Positions 25,454 to 34,748 of a stretch of DNA of 49,572 bases are shown piece after piece. Both the position numbers and the translations under genes were made by a program. Origin of the DNA: a virus (Duplodnaviria > Caudoviricetes); the IMG/VR virus record IMGVR_UViG_3300012971_000008, positions 1 through 49,572 of that record; one strand, written 5' to 3'. How positions within the stretch are numbered: the stretch's first letter is position 1; each line of letters opens with the position of its first letter. The notes under the pieces are model-generated. The model was not told the DNA's origin and searched no databases. It was given only the letters and a program-made list of their open reading frames with translations.

Positions 25454-27898
25454 TTAAGGTCCAATAACAAAGGGGCTAACCATAATCACCCCAGATGACG
25501 CTGTAAAATCTTGCGTCTGGTCTGCCCCACTTATGGTTTTGTTGGCACTGGCAGGATTAAAGGTATATCCGGTTTTTGATGGCGTAACCGTATAAGGCCC
25601 ATCAGCCAATCCGGTAATCACATAACTTCCATCGGAAGCTGAAGTGACGGACCCGGAAGCCGTGCCCGAGTAAGAAACAGTTGCTCCCGCGACTCCAGCG
25701 TTTCCGCTTATGGTGGGAAAAGATTTGAAGGTAGCCACCAACAACACACCGTTGGTCGGCGTTTGATTGGTGGTCATTGCCGCCGTGACCCCGGCTTGGA
25801 TGGCATTCACAATTTTGAATTGCGCGGCAGAAAATTGCTCGCCGCTTGCCAATGGATAACCAGTCTCTCCGTTTTTGCCGGTTCGCCCCCGGTCTAAGCT
25901 GTAACCGCTGCCCGGTGTATAGGCAGCGTTGACTGCATCCGTGATGAGGGAAGCGGCAATTATTTCTCTAGTCTTCGTTGTGGTGAACGATCCCGAGGTG
26001 TAAGTGCCGCCGGAACGTGTAGTGGTGGCAGCAAATTGATCAAACGGACTAACCGAACAACCGCCAATGCAAAAAACCGCGAGCGAGCGGTAAACTTCCG
26101 AAAAACTAAGCGCAACCGTCACCGCGTCGCTGCTGTTTCCCGTGGTATTAGGCAAATAATAAAGCGCTCCGGCTTGATCCGACTGACTGTAAGTGCTGCC
26201 GGGAACCTGCGTGAACGAAACAGTGGCGGCATTCTTCACTGAAGTGATGTGAGCGAAAAGATTACTGCCAATCCTTACCGCAGCCACCAGCAGATCGCCG
26301 GTTACGGAAGCGAAATTTTCGGAAACAATGGATGTCGATGTGCTCGCGCCGCCGCCTACGGCATAATCACGCACCCACGGCAGGCCAGCTCCCGCTGCCG
26401 TGCGAATATAGATCGTGGCCCAGAACGGGTGATACCACGTTGGCTGATTGTTGTAATCGCCAGAAAAATAGATAGGAACAGCAAGCTGGTCAGTTGAGGT
26501 GTTCGATGCGACGCGATAATGATTGAAGCATGGATTGTAAAAACCTGACGGGTTGTTGTTCTGTGTGGCGACTTGCGTCCAGGGTCCTGCAGGTGTCGGC
26601 GCTTCCAGAATTACCCAGTTGGTATTGCTGGTCGAACCGCCGACCTGATACCACTCCAACATCAAATAGCGGTTCATCGCAGGGATGAAGGCTATGTCCG
26701 GCGCGCTGACCTGATTGGCGACGGAATAAATGGCACGCTTCGAGGATGAAGTGTTGGTCCAGTTCGCATCGTTCACAAAATCCGCCGGAGTGGGCGAAGC
26801 GGGGCCGTTCCAATACTGGAAATTGGTGGTGGTCTGCGTGGACAAGTAAACTCGTGGCACGCGCATCAGATACAGTGCGCTGCCATCATTCCAGTAGCCA
26901 TCGGTGAAAACTAAGTAGACAAAACCGTTGGCCCCATCAATTCCGTTGCCCGCTGTGTTATAGCCCATGGTCCCATCGTCGCCCGCGTATTTCACCGGCA
27001 CAATCCAGCCAATAGTCGAATCGCTCCACATGCCCACGCCAGGACCATCAGGCGAACCGTTGGCATTGAAGCTGGCAGTGTTCTGGTGATTGTTCCAAGT
27101 CGTGCCGTGATCGTCCGACCTGATGATGTTTCCGTACCACTGGGTTTGCGGTTGACCGAATGGCGTGCGCGTTTCAAAGCCAAACAAACTGCCGTTCATG
27201 GGGAACAAGCCAGATAGCTTGTAAGACATCGGTGCGCCAGCCGGGCCGTCGGTTCCGTTGGTTGACGCCAGCCCGCCGTAAGCCGAAAGGTGGTTCGTAT
27301 CGACACCGACGAGCAGGTCTTCAATCGTGATGCGCACGATTTGCATGTTGAAGCCAGCGTTCGAGGCTCCTGCTGCAATTCCTTGGCCGTCGTCCTGCGT
27401 AGAGTACACGTTACCGTCGTTCGACCAAGCACTGTAGAACGTATCGCCCTTATTGACAGTGCTGCTATGAGCGTTGGAAATCTTGACTTCCATAATGGGC
27501 AAGCGAGTTACCGACGCTCCAGTGGTCACGTTTTGCGGGGAACTACTGGTACCGCCCGATGCGACTTGGCAGGAATAAACCGTGTTGGGTAAAAGCCCGG
27601 TAACAATGCATTGGTGCGAAGTGACGTTGGTCTGAAATCCATTGTCGATTGCAGCCTTTCCACCAGCGGAAAGATTCGAGTCGGAATTTATGTCGGTGGT
27701 CCACACCGCGACGATGGTGCTATCAGTTACGGTATAAGTCGGACCAACGGTTATTACTGGAGGCATGTCAGCTCCTGGAGGTGTCGGTTTCCCTGGTGGT
27801 CGAGGTTCCGGGAGGATGTGCGGACCTTGCGGCAGGACAGAAGCGCAAGCCGACATCATAAGTGCCGCCAATGCGATAACGGTAAACTCTCTTCGCAA
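25454..27898 (-). CDS. Putative glycan-hydrolysing beta-propeller protein (DUF4185-like) with FN3-like and Ig domains; lipoprotein signal
   Basis: Lipobox MSA-C (TTG start); GDTFYSAWSNDG..Y...DDG; Asp-box SDDHGTTW; C-terminal carboxypeptidase-regulatory-like domain. Confidence 0.75.
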   Translation of the reverse strand: MRREFTVIALAALMMSACASVLPQGPHILPEPRPPGKPTPPGADMPPVITVGPTYTVTDSTIVAVWTTDINSDSNLSAGGKAAIDNGFQTNVTSHQCIVTGLLPNTVYSCQVASGGTSSSPQNVTTGASVTRLPIMEVKISNAHSSTVNKGDTFYSAWSNDGNVYSTQDDGQGIAAGASNAGFNMQIVRITIEDLLVGVDTNHLSAYGGLASTNGTDGPAGAPMSYKLSGLFPMNGSLFGFETRTPFGQPQTQWYGNIIRSDDHGTTWNNHQNTASFNANGSPDGPGVGMWSDSTIGWIVPVKYAGDDGTMGYNTAGNGIDGANGFVYLVFTDGYWNDGSALYLMRVPRVYLSTQTTTNFQYWNGPASPTPADFVNDANWTNTSSSKRAIYSVANQVSAPDIAFIPAMNRYLMLEWYQVGGSTSNTNWVILEAPTPAGPWTQVATQNNNPSGFYNPCFNHYRVASNTSTDQLAVPIYFSGDYNNQPTWYHPFWATIYIRTAAGAGLPWVRDYAVGGGASTSTSIVSENFASVTGDLLVAAVRIGSNLFAHITSVKNAATVSFTQVPGSTYSQSDQAGALYYLPNTTGNSSDAVTVALSFSEVYRSLAVFCIGGCSVSPFDQFAATTTRSGGTYTSGSFTTTKTREIIAASLITDAVNAAYTPGSGYSLDRGRTGKNGETGYPLASGEQFSAAQFKIVNAIQAGVTAAMTTNQTPTNGVLLVATFKSFPTISGNAGVAGATVSYSGTASGSVTSASDGSYVITGLADGPYTVTPSKTGYTFNPASANKTISGADQTQDFTASSGVIMVSPFVIGP

Positions 27899-27901
27899 AT
27901 C

Positions 27902-28669
27902 TCATCTCACCACTCGCCAATTTAGCGTTACCGCCCCAGGAGTAATCGAACCTGCGGTGTTGTTGACTACTTTGAAATTCACATGGTCCGCCGTGGGATA
28001 TTTCACGATGGTGAGCATGGTTCCGGGAATATAGCCGGTGATGGCGGTTGGATCTGCGTTGAAGTCGGCAATGATGTCGTCAGTGGTTAAAACCCCGGTC
28101 GCGCTCACGGTGACTACCGTTGCAGCGCTGTTAGAAGCAATGGGCGCAGTTCCAAGCGCTGCCGTTCCGTGGGCGATGGTAAGGGTGGCCGCTGTTCCAC
28201 CTCCAACTGCTGTCCAAGTCGAACCGTCATAAGTTGAAAATCCGGTGCCAATAACATAAATTTGCGAGCCGATTATCGGCCCCACCACTTCGCTGGTGGC
28301 ATAAACCGCATTGTTGGCTCCCGGCGCTACCCGAATCGGGTCGGGGGTGATGTTCAACGTTTGCGTTGCGCCGGAGACGATGGCAGAAGCCAGGAAAGAC
28401 GGCGCGGTCGCTTGCGGGGTCACGACTACTTGCCAACTTGTGCCGGTCGGTGTGATCTGATCGTTGCCGGGAACGGAGACTCCGGAATACGCCCCGGTCG
28501 CATTCATGGTGCCGCTGTGCGTGGTATTCGGGTCGAATGCTCCGCCGGTCCAGGTGTAGGGACCGGGATAATTAGGGATGGGAACGAAGCGAAATAGGAT
28601 GGTGCCGTTGTTCCAAGTTTGACCGGCTGAATCCGTGACTTGTCCGCTCACGGTAGTGCTAGAAGGCAT
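27902..28669 (-). CDS. Short fibre/adaptor protein (shared N-domain, no signal peptide)
   Basis: STTVSGQVTD..GQTWNNGT..GPYTWTGG, paralogous to the 20356 and 23411 genes. Confidence 0.8.
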   Translation of the reverse strand: MPSSTTVSGQVTDSAGQTWNNGTILFRFVPIPNYPGPYTWTGGAFDPNTTHSGTMNATGAYSGVSVPGNDQITPTGTSWQVVVTPQATAPSFLASAIVSGATQTLNITPDPIRVAPGANNAVYATSEVVGPIIGSQIYVIGTGFSTYDGSTWTAVGGGTAATLTIAHGTAALGTAPIASNSAATVVTVSATGVLTTDDIIADFNADPTAITGYIPGTMLTIVKYPTADHVNFKVVNNTAGSITPGAVTLNWRVVR

Positions 28670-28705
28670 ACAGTACCCTCCCCGCGATATGCCCGCGATT
28701 CTATG

Positions 28706-28715
28706 GTACTGGTAC
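28706..28715. promoter_or_regulatory. GTACnnGTAC motif (also at 30335-30344, 35965-35974, 42717-42726)
   Basis: The same 10-mer lies within 40 bp upstream of four late-gene starts. Confidence 0.55.
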
Positions 28716-28734
28716 CTGTTGGGGGAAGTTAATT

Positions 28735-28833
28735 TTAGTCGCCTTCTTCGACCATTTCAGGAATGTCGTCAGATTCCGCGCTCTCATTCACTTGCAGAAT
28801 GTCTTCCAGGGAGAAGTCCTCGGGCGGCATCAT
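28735..28833 (-). CDS. 32-aa acidic peptide MMPPEDFSLEDILQVNESAESDDIPEMVEEGD
   Basis: ATGA overlap with the ATP-grasp stop codon; 12 D/E and no K/R; not in the ORF track. Confidence 0.55.
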   Translation of the reverse strand: MMPPEDFSLEDILQVNESAESDDIPEMVEEGD

Positions 28834-30101
28834 TTGAGCCAACCCTTCTCGCGCAGCAGGTAGTAGCGGCGCGCCGTGTTCTCGCAAATGTCCGTGCGGT
28901 ACTGCGCATTGGGAACCTTCAGGCGCGAGAGCATTCCATACGCGGCATCAAAAGCATAGCCGATGTTTTCCCCGCAACACAGCGGCGAGCCAATCCAGCC
29001 GCATAATCCAGCGGTTTCAAATTCTCCGTTCTCTTTCATCTGCACATCATAGGCAAAAAAGTTTTCCAGTTCTTTTTCCCGGAGCCCGTCAATCGGCACA
29101 CCTTCTTTGTAGAATTTTTCTGGCAAGCCTTCGCTGGGATAGGGCGGGACCGATAAGCGCACGGAGGCACAGAAAGGGTGCGTTGCGCTCAAATCAGGCA
29201 CCCTTTCTGCGGAGGCGGCGACTGCATAGAGGAACTCACCAAAGCCGACCGGCAAAAGGCGAGTGAGCAGTGCAGTGGCATCATAGCCAAAACGCGGGGT
29301 GAACTCCAGCGCGTAACAGCCGCCGTCCGGGGTCACGATGGTGTTCAGGTCAATCGGCCCGACATAGCCCATCTCCTGCAACGGTTCAATGCACTTCTGC
29401 AAACCTTTCTTGAAGATGGGGTTTTCCGTCTTGGGTATCCAGCACAACGAACCGGAGCATCCGGTATTCGGTCCCAGGTCGTGGTTCATCAGCTTCTTGG
29501 TTTCCAGCGTGTGGTTGAGCGCGTAGTGGCCGTTCGCGTTCAGATAGACTTCGGTTGAAACTTCTACGCCTTCGACAAAATCTTGCAGCAGGTAGCGTTT
29601 CACTTTGGCCGAGCGGAACAACACGTCGAAGTAACGCAGCATGTCGTCCGAATCGCAAGCGCAATAGGTAGTGGCTTTGTCGTCCTGTTCGCCGATGGGC
29701 TTGAACACTAAGCGCTTGTTGCGCTTTTTGATGTAACGGATACCGTCGCTGGGGTCGTCGAAGATTTCATAGGGTGCGACCGTGAGGCCGCAGCGCACCA
29801 TAAAAGCCAGCGCAAATTCTCTATCGGCCTCCAATCTGTCAGCCAGGACAGAATCGCCAATCGTTGGTGCTTCTTGCGCCGCTTCGTCTGCGGCCCGACC
29901 ATTTCCCGTACAATCGAAGACGACCAGATCATATTTACTCGCTACATAAACTTCAGCCCCAGGCATGACTTCGATGAGTCCGCCCAGGGCTGAAGCATAG
30001 CGTTCGTTGTGAACAACGGCCGAAACGTCGTGACCTTCCTGCGCCATCTTCCAGCCGAGCCAGAGTCCTTCGCCAAACTCGGAAGCGACGCAGATGCGCA
30101 T
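28830..30101 (-). CDS. PurD (GAR synthetase)-like ATP-grasp amide ligase
   Basis: RLEADREF, LVFKP, LQDFVEGVEVS, KKLMNHDLGPNTG, LEFTPRFG, YRTDI; lacks the PurD N-terminal GxGGREH. Confidence 0.85.
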   Translation of the reverse strand: MRICVASEFGEGLWLGWKMAQEGHDVSAVVHNERYASALGGLIEVMPGAEVYVASKYDLVVFDCTGNGRAADEAAQEAPTIGDSVLADRLEADREFALAFMVRCGLTVAPYEIFDDPSDGIRYIKKRNKRLVFKPIGEQDDKATTYCACDSDDMLRYFDVLFRSAKVKRYLLQDFVEGVEVSTEVYLNANGHYALNHTLETKKLMNHDLGPNTGCSGSLCWIPKTENPIFKKGLQKCIEPLQEMGYVGPIDLNTIVTPDGGCYALEFTPRFGYDATALLTRLLPVGFGEFLYAVAASAERVPDLSATHPFCASVRLSVPPYPSEGLPEKFYKEGVPIDGLREKELENFFAYDVQMKENGEFETAGLCGWIGSPLCCGENIGYAFDAAYGMLSRLKVPNAQYRTDICENTARRYYLLREKGWLK

Positions 30102-30104
30102 GGT

Positions 30105-30323
30105 TCAGTCGCGCTTACGGGTAAAGCTGTGCTGACTCCCTGGCGCATCCGGTCGGCGGGTGCGTTCCGCACTAAACTCTTTCTTGCCGCCCATGGGAGC
30201 GCCGCCGGGATCGGCACTGCCCTTCAACACTGGCGAGGTGTTGTCAGGGGAGTTGCCGTCGATCTGCGTATCGGCGGTTTTGTTGTCCGCTCTGGATTCA
30301 GCCAAACTGCGCGCATAACTCAT
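30105..30323 (-). CDS. 72-aa hydrophilic low-complexity protein
   Basis: GGAGG RBS; stop 3 bp before the ATP-grasp start. Confidence 0.7.
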   Translation of the reverse strand: MSYARSLAESRADNKTADTQIDGNSPDNTSPVLKGSADPGGAPMGGKKEFSAERTRRPDAPGSQHSFTRKRD

Positions 30324-30357
30324 GGTTTCCTCCGGTACTGGTACGTTTTAGCACGTT

Positions 30358-32061
30358 TTATTCCGCCCATCCAGACTCTTGTGGAGTTTCCGAGGCTAGA
30401 TGATAAAACCTTCCGTCACGTTTGAGCACGCCTTTGGCTACCAGCGGGTCGATGTATTCTGGCGGAATCTTGAATATCTTGCTCAATTCATCCGCTGTAT
30501 ATTCCGCGCCGGGTTTGTGCGCGCCAGATTCCGCACGTCCACGTAAGGTCTGTTCAAACTCTTGTTCTGGTGTCAATGGTGCTCCAGGTCCGATACGTGG
30601 AGGCGTGCCCGGCCTGATTTGCGGCTTGCCCGGTTTCGGTTTGCGCGGGATCTCGCGGCCTTTACCTGGCATGGGTTCCCAGGGTACCGGAGTCGGTGCG
30701 ACCTTCCCGGCTTTTCCGAATCGTCCGAAAGCGCGTTCCATCAAGGCATTAGGCACTCCGCGGCGTTCCCCTACCCAGCGCATAAAGGGAATAGCTCCGG
30801 CAATCATGCCCAATTCGCCGTGCCCGGTACTTTCCAGCCCGGCGCCAATAGCGATCATGCCGGCCGTCAGCCAAGGATGCTGGCGCAAAACCGATTCCAT
30901 CAAGCTCGGTCCTTTACCGATGCGCTCGGCCTTCACGATGTTTTTATTCATCGCGGTGCCTACATCCTTGAGCGCACCAAAATCTTTTTGGAAATCGGCG
31001 ATGCCGTACTCGCCAACCGCATCCAGTTTCGAGTACAGCAGTTGCCGCACTTTATTGGCTCCGCTGGCAACCGCTTCCAGGTTGGCGTCCAGACGCTTTT
31101 GCGCGGCCGCATCCTCCGGCGTAGCGCTGAACATGCCTTCTTCCATGGCATTGAAAGTGGCCAGCAGTTCCCGCGTTGTAGCCAAAGTTATGGGCTTGCC
31201 GCGAAAACGGTTAGCCAGCGCGCGTACCTCGGCAATATTTTCCGGGAAAAATTGCTTGTCTACCTGGTTGAGCGTGCCGGTCATGGCATCGGCGACTTCG
31301 CTGCCGGAGATGGTGTCTGTGGGATGGCGCTCTATGGCTGGTCCCACTATTTTTTCTTCCAGAGCTTTGGCCGTTCCCATTACCGCTTCAGTCGCCCCGC
31401 GCACATCTTTAGGATTGAATTGCTTTTCAATCATGGTCAAGTAGCCACGGTCGATGGTGCGCTGAAAAGACTTGTCAAATTGCGGCTTGACCCCGGCGGT
31501 CAGAGCTTTCCTGACTTCCTGCTTGCCTTTTGCGATGCGTCTTTTGCCGACATACTCTTCCACCGGCTTGGCGGTTTTAATTCCGGTTGCCGCGCCTCCG
31601 GCTAAACCTAGAAGCGAGCCCACATCCTTGCCAAGTTCCGGCGCGCCTACTTTTTCTCCGATAAATGCGCCGCCTTTTTGTCCGACTTGTTGCAGAGCGA
31701 AACCTTCACCCATGCCGAGCATGGTAGCGAGCGGTGCTGCCGCTAATGCCCCGCCAATCAACGGAACGCCTCCCGCCATCATGCCTTCTTGGATGTCGGA
31801 ACCGATGCGTTGCGGGCTGCGGCCAGGTTCGGCCAGCGTGCCCTGGTAAGGCTTGGCGCTGGTATACCACTGTTCGAGTTTTTCGAGAAATGACGGCGGT
31901 TTAGCGGCGCCAATCGTAGGAGCTTGCTGCCAGCCTAGCGCTTGCGCCTTTTCCAGTTGAGTGATGGGAATGGTGTAGACTTTGCCCGGCGTACCAGCCA
32001 GCTTGCCTTCCGGGTCGATGATGTCCACGCGCTTGACTTGTTGTTCGTCGCCATTCGGCAT
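30358..32061 (-). CDS. Putative internal virion/ejection protein
   Basis: Gly/Ala-rich hydrophobic segments plus helical body; third gene of the trio. Confidence 0.65.
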   Translation of the reverse strand: MPNGDEQQVKRVDIIDPEGKLAGTPGKVYTIPITQLEKAQALGWQQAPTIGAAKPPSFLEKLEQWYTSAKPYQGTLAEPGRSPQRIGSDIQEGMMAGGVPLIGGALAAAPLATMLGMGEGFALQQVGQKGGAFIGEKVGAPELGKDVGSLLGLAGGAATGIKTAKPVEEYVGKRRIAKGKQEVRKALTAGVKPQFDKSFQRTIDRGYLTMIEKQFNPKDVRGATEAVMGTAKALEEKIVGPAIERHPTDTISGSEVADAMTGTLNQVDKQFFPENIAEVRALANRFRGKPITLATTRELLATFNAMEEGMFSATPEDAAAQKRLDANLEAVASGANKVRQLLYSKLDAVGEYGIADFQKDFGALKDVGTAMNKNIVKAERIGKGPSLMESVLRQHPWLTAGMIAIGAGLESTGHGELGMIAGAIPFMRWVGERRGVPNALMERAFGRFGKAGKVAPTPVPWEPMPGKGREIPRKPKPGKPQIRPGTPPRIGPGAPLTPEQEFEQTLRGRAESGAHKPGAEYTADELSKIFKIPPEYIDPLVAKGVLKRDGRFYHLASETPQESGWAE

Positions 32062-32067
32062 CGTAGC

Positions 32068-33732
32068 TCACTGTTTTGGCTTAATATCCAATCCGGCTGC
32101 GCCCGGTCCAACCGCGCCCATGGACTGAACATCTTTCCAGTCTTTGTCCTCTTCTTCTTGGCTGCGCTGGCGTTTGTCCAGTTCTCCCGGCAGCATGTCT
32201 CCGGTTGACGGGTCGATGTCAAAGTGGTGCCCCCGCAAAACAGCTTGGCGGCTTTGTTCGTAGTTTTTCTGCAACTGCTGCAACTTGATATACATATTCT
32301 CGATGGAATCAAATCGCGGATCGGGCGTGTGCCGCACGATGTCTTTGATGATGTCGCCGCGCCGGATGCCGTGTAGCAGAGGAGCAATAGCTTGCCAGCG
32401 TTCGCGCGAGAAGTCGGAAATAAGCGCAGCCTCGGGCGAAGCTTTGCCGGTGAAGTACTGGAACATGGGAGCGAACATGCTGAATCGCCGGTTAGGCAGT
32501 TTGCCGGTCTTGGGATCGCGCAATTTGTCCAGTTGTTCGAGCCAGCCGTCTACCTTGGCCCCGGTTTCCAGCGCTTCGTCAATGGTCTTCTGTTCGGCTA
32601 TGCCAATCGGGGTTGGCACATTCATGCTGTTGTCGCCCATGTACTTCATTACCCCGGCGCGTTCTTTGGTGGGAACATCGGTAATCTTTCCGGTGCGCCG
32701 CACATGGTCCGCCCACTCTGATCTGGCATCTTCGCCCGCCTGCGTGCGCATATCCGCGATTTCCTTGCGCAATGCGCGATTGGCTTCTTGATTGGCCATC
32801 ATGTCTTTGTGGAAGTCGGCGCGCTGCTGGCGGTTCAGGTTGCCTTCATCCAAGCGGGCTTGCAGCGCCATTTTTTGCTGGTCGAGTCCCTGCTGGCGCA
32901 AGGCGAAATTTTGTTGTGCCGTTTCTTTGCGCTGCGCCAAAGACTCTTCATGGAACTCGCGGCGTTCGGCTAAAGTCTCTTCGTGCTGTTGCTGTTGGCG
33001 CATTTGGTTGGCAATGTCCAGCAGGAATTTATCGTCGAGTTGTCCGGGCATTACCGGAGCTTTAGCTTCAATTTCCTGCGCCATCTGTCGCCGCTGCTGT
33101 TCAGTCAACTGCACCTTCATCTGCTGATTCTGCCCAATCAGCCGCCGGAAAACATTCTTCATGCCGGTCATAGCGTTTTGTTTTTGCTGGCCTTGTGCCG
33201 CCACGTTCTTCATGGCCTCGCCGTGAACCGTGGTTTTTTCCGGGTTGAGCCAATCCTGGTTGAGCGCTTTGGCCATGTTCTTCAGTTTCTTGTCGTCCAT
33301 GAAGAAATTGTCCAGCTTCTTTTGCGCTGCGGCCGCGCCTTGCTGGTCGCCCGAAGCTTGCGCAGCGTACAATTCGTTCATGTACGCTTGCATGGTGGTC
33401 CAATCGCCTTCCGCACTCTGCAACTGCCGCTCTTTTTTGGCGCGCACCGCGTCCCGGATGAACGCTCCCAATCCCGACATGAAGCGTTCCGCACCCCAGG
33501 CATTGGGGTTGCCGGTCTGCATCCCGATATTGTGTGCTCCGCTCCAGTCGCCCCCCTGCGGCAAAGCGGCAGGAATGGGCATTCCGCCAAACTGTTTGCG
33601 TGATTGATTGATAGCGATAGCTTGCAGGATGCGCTGCGCGGTCATATTAGCGTCAGGCTGAAAGGGCGGAGTGGTGCCAGGAGTCTGTCCGGGAACCACC
33701 GCCGGAGTGGTAGGAATGTTTCCATTGCTCAT
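32068..33732 (-). CDS. Putative ejection protein (Q-rich coiled coil)
   Basis: Q/A/M-rich helical protein at the podovirus ejection-protein position. Confidence 0.65.
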   Translation of the reverse strand: MSNGNIPTTPAVVPGQTPGTTPPFQPDANMTAQRILQAIAINQSRKQFGGMPIPAALPQGGDWSGAHNIGMQTGNPNAWGAERFMSGLGAFIRDAVRAKKERQLQSAEGDWTTMQAYMNELYAAQASGDQQGAAAAQKKLDNFFMDDKKLKNMAKALNQDWLNPEKTTVHGEAMKNVAAQGQQKQNAMTGMKNVFRRLIGQNQQMKVQLTEQQRRQMAQEIEAKAPVMPGQLDDKFLLDIANQMRQQQQHEETLAERREFHEESLAQRKETAQQNFALRQQGLDQQKMALQARLDEGNLNRQQRADFHKDMMANQEANRALRKEIADMRTQAGEDARSEWADHVRRTGKITDVPTKERAGVMKYMGDNSMNVPTPIGIAEQKTIDEALETGAKVDGWLEQLDKLRDPKTGKLPNRRFSMFAPMFQYFTGKASPEAALISDFSRERWQAIAPLLHGIRRGDIIKDIVRHTPDPRFDSIENMYIKLQQLQKNYEQSRQAVLRGHHFDIDPSTGDMLPGELDKRQRSQEEEDKDWKDVQSMGAVGPGAAGLDIKPKQ

Positions 33733-34748
33733 CAGTACATCCCTGCGCCTGCGTCGGTTTGCGGCGATAGACTGCTCACAATGTCCAGCAAACTGCCGGT
33801 ATTCAGATTGGTCAGGTTGGTGGGCAGGTTGCCGGTGGGCTCGCCGTAGATATCACCCGGCATATAGCTCGGCCCTCCGCCGCCGCCGCCCTTGAACAAA
33901 CCGGCCAAGCTCGCGAATGGACTTACGCCTCCTGCGCCACCGCTGCGTCCGGTCATTTCTCCTATTCCTGCACCAGTCAGAGCAAGGCTGGCGCCGCCGG
34001 TAAACGGTGCCGCTGCCACGCCCGCCGCCGCTTCCAGTCCGCCCGCTATTTTGTCGAAGGTCGAAGGGCTCGACATCTTCTTTTGCAAGCTCTGTGAAGC
34101 GGTTCCGCTCATTATGTTCATGAAATTGTCGATGGCTTGCTGATACATCTGCGCTTCAATCTGCCCTTGGTTCAGGTTCACTTGGGAAAGATAATCGGCC
34201 AGGCCGATTTGTGCCGGGGACCCAAAACGGTTGCCGGTCACGCTGAACTGGTTCATCAAACTTTCCGTGCCGCGTTCGATCCCAGGTTGCATGGCCGCGA
34301 ACAGATTGTTGATGGCTTGCTGGTTGAAGCCCGCGCCGGTCGTCAGGAAGTTCAACATCTGGTGGGCTATGGCGTCGCCATACATACTCTTCAGTGATCC
34401 GTACAGCTTGCTGATGTCGCGCGCGCTCATCAGGTTCATGCCGCCGATGGGCGAAGCGGCGGCGGTAGAAACATTGGTTGCGCCCGGCGGAGCGAAAGAA
34501 GTGGCAAGGTTGGTGGAAGTGAAGCCGCCAGCATTGGCGCCGAAGGTCGGCACCCCGCCGGTTGGCGGAGGAACTACCGAAGTGGCGTAAGGGTTCGCGC
34601 GCGGCGCGGAAGCGGGCAAATTGGGATTGCCCAAGATGGGATTGATGCCGGAGGAAGTTCCGACTCCGGGAACAAAGCCCGCGTCGCCATACTGCGGCGC
34701 GCCAGTCGGGTTGCGTCCAGGCAATAAGGATGCGCTGTTGTCCGCCAT
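33732..34748 (-). CDS. Putative ejection/pilot protein
   Basis: G/A/N/Q-rich; AAAPFTGGASLA motif; GNRFGS. Confidence 0.7.
   Translation of the reverse strand: MADNSASLLPGRNPTGAPQYGDAGFVPGVGTSSGINPILGNPNLPASAPRANPYATSVVPPPTGGVPTFGANAGGFTSTNLATSFAPPGATNVSTAAASPIGGMNLMSARDISKLYGSLKSMYGDAIAHQMLNFLTTGAGFNQQAINNLFAAMQPGIERGTESLMNQFSVTGNRFGSPAQIGLADYLSQVNLNQGQIEAQMYQQAIDNFMNIMSGTASQSLQKKMSSPSTFDKIAGGLEAAAGVAAAPFTGGASLALTGAGIGEMTGRSGGAGGVSPFASLAGLFKGGGGGGPSYMPGDIYGEPTGNLPTNLTNLNTGSLLDIVSSLSPQTDAGAGMY

Noticed and set aside
14903-28669. Diversity-generating retroelement acting on fibre genes
   Set aside because: No reverse transcriptase and no TR/VR repeat pair noticed
28830-30101. True purD auxiliary metabolic gene
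   Set aside because: Lacks the N-terminal GxGGREH motif, has no pur context, and lies in the virion gene region; symbol withheld
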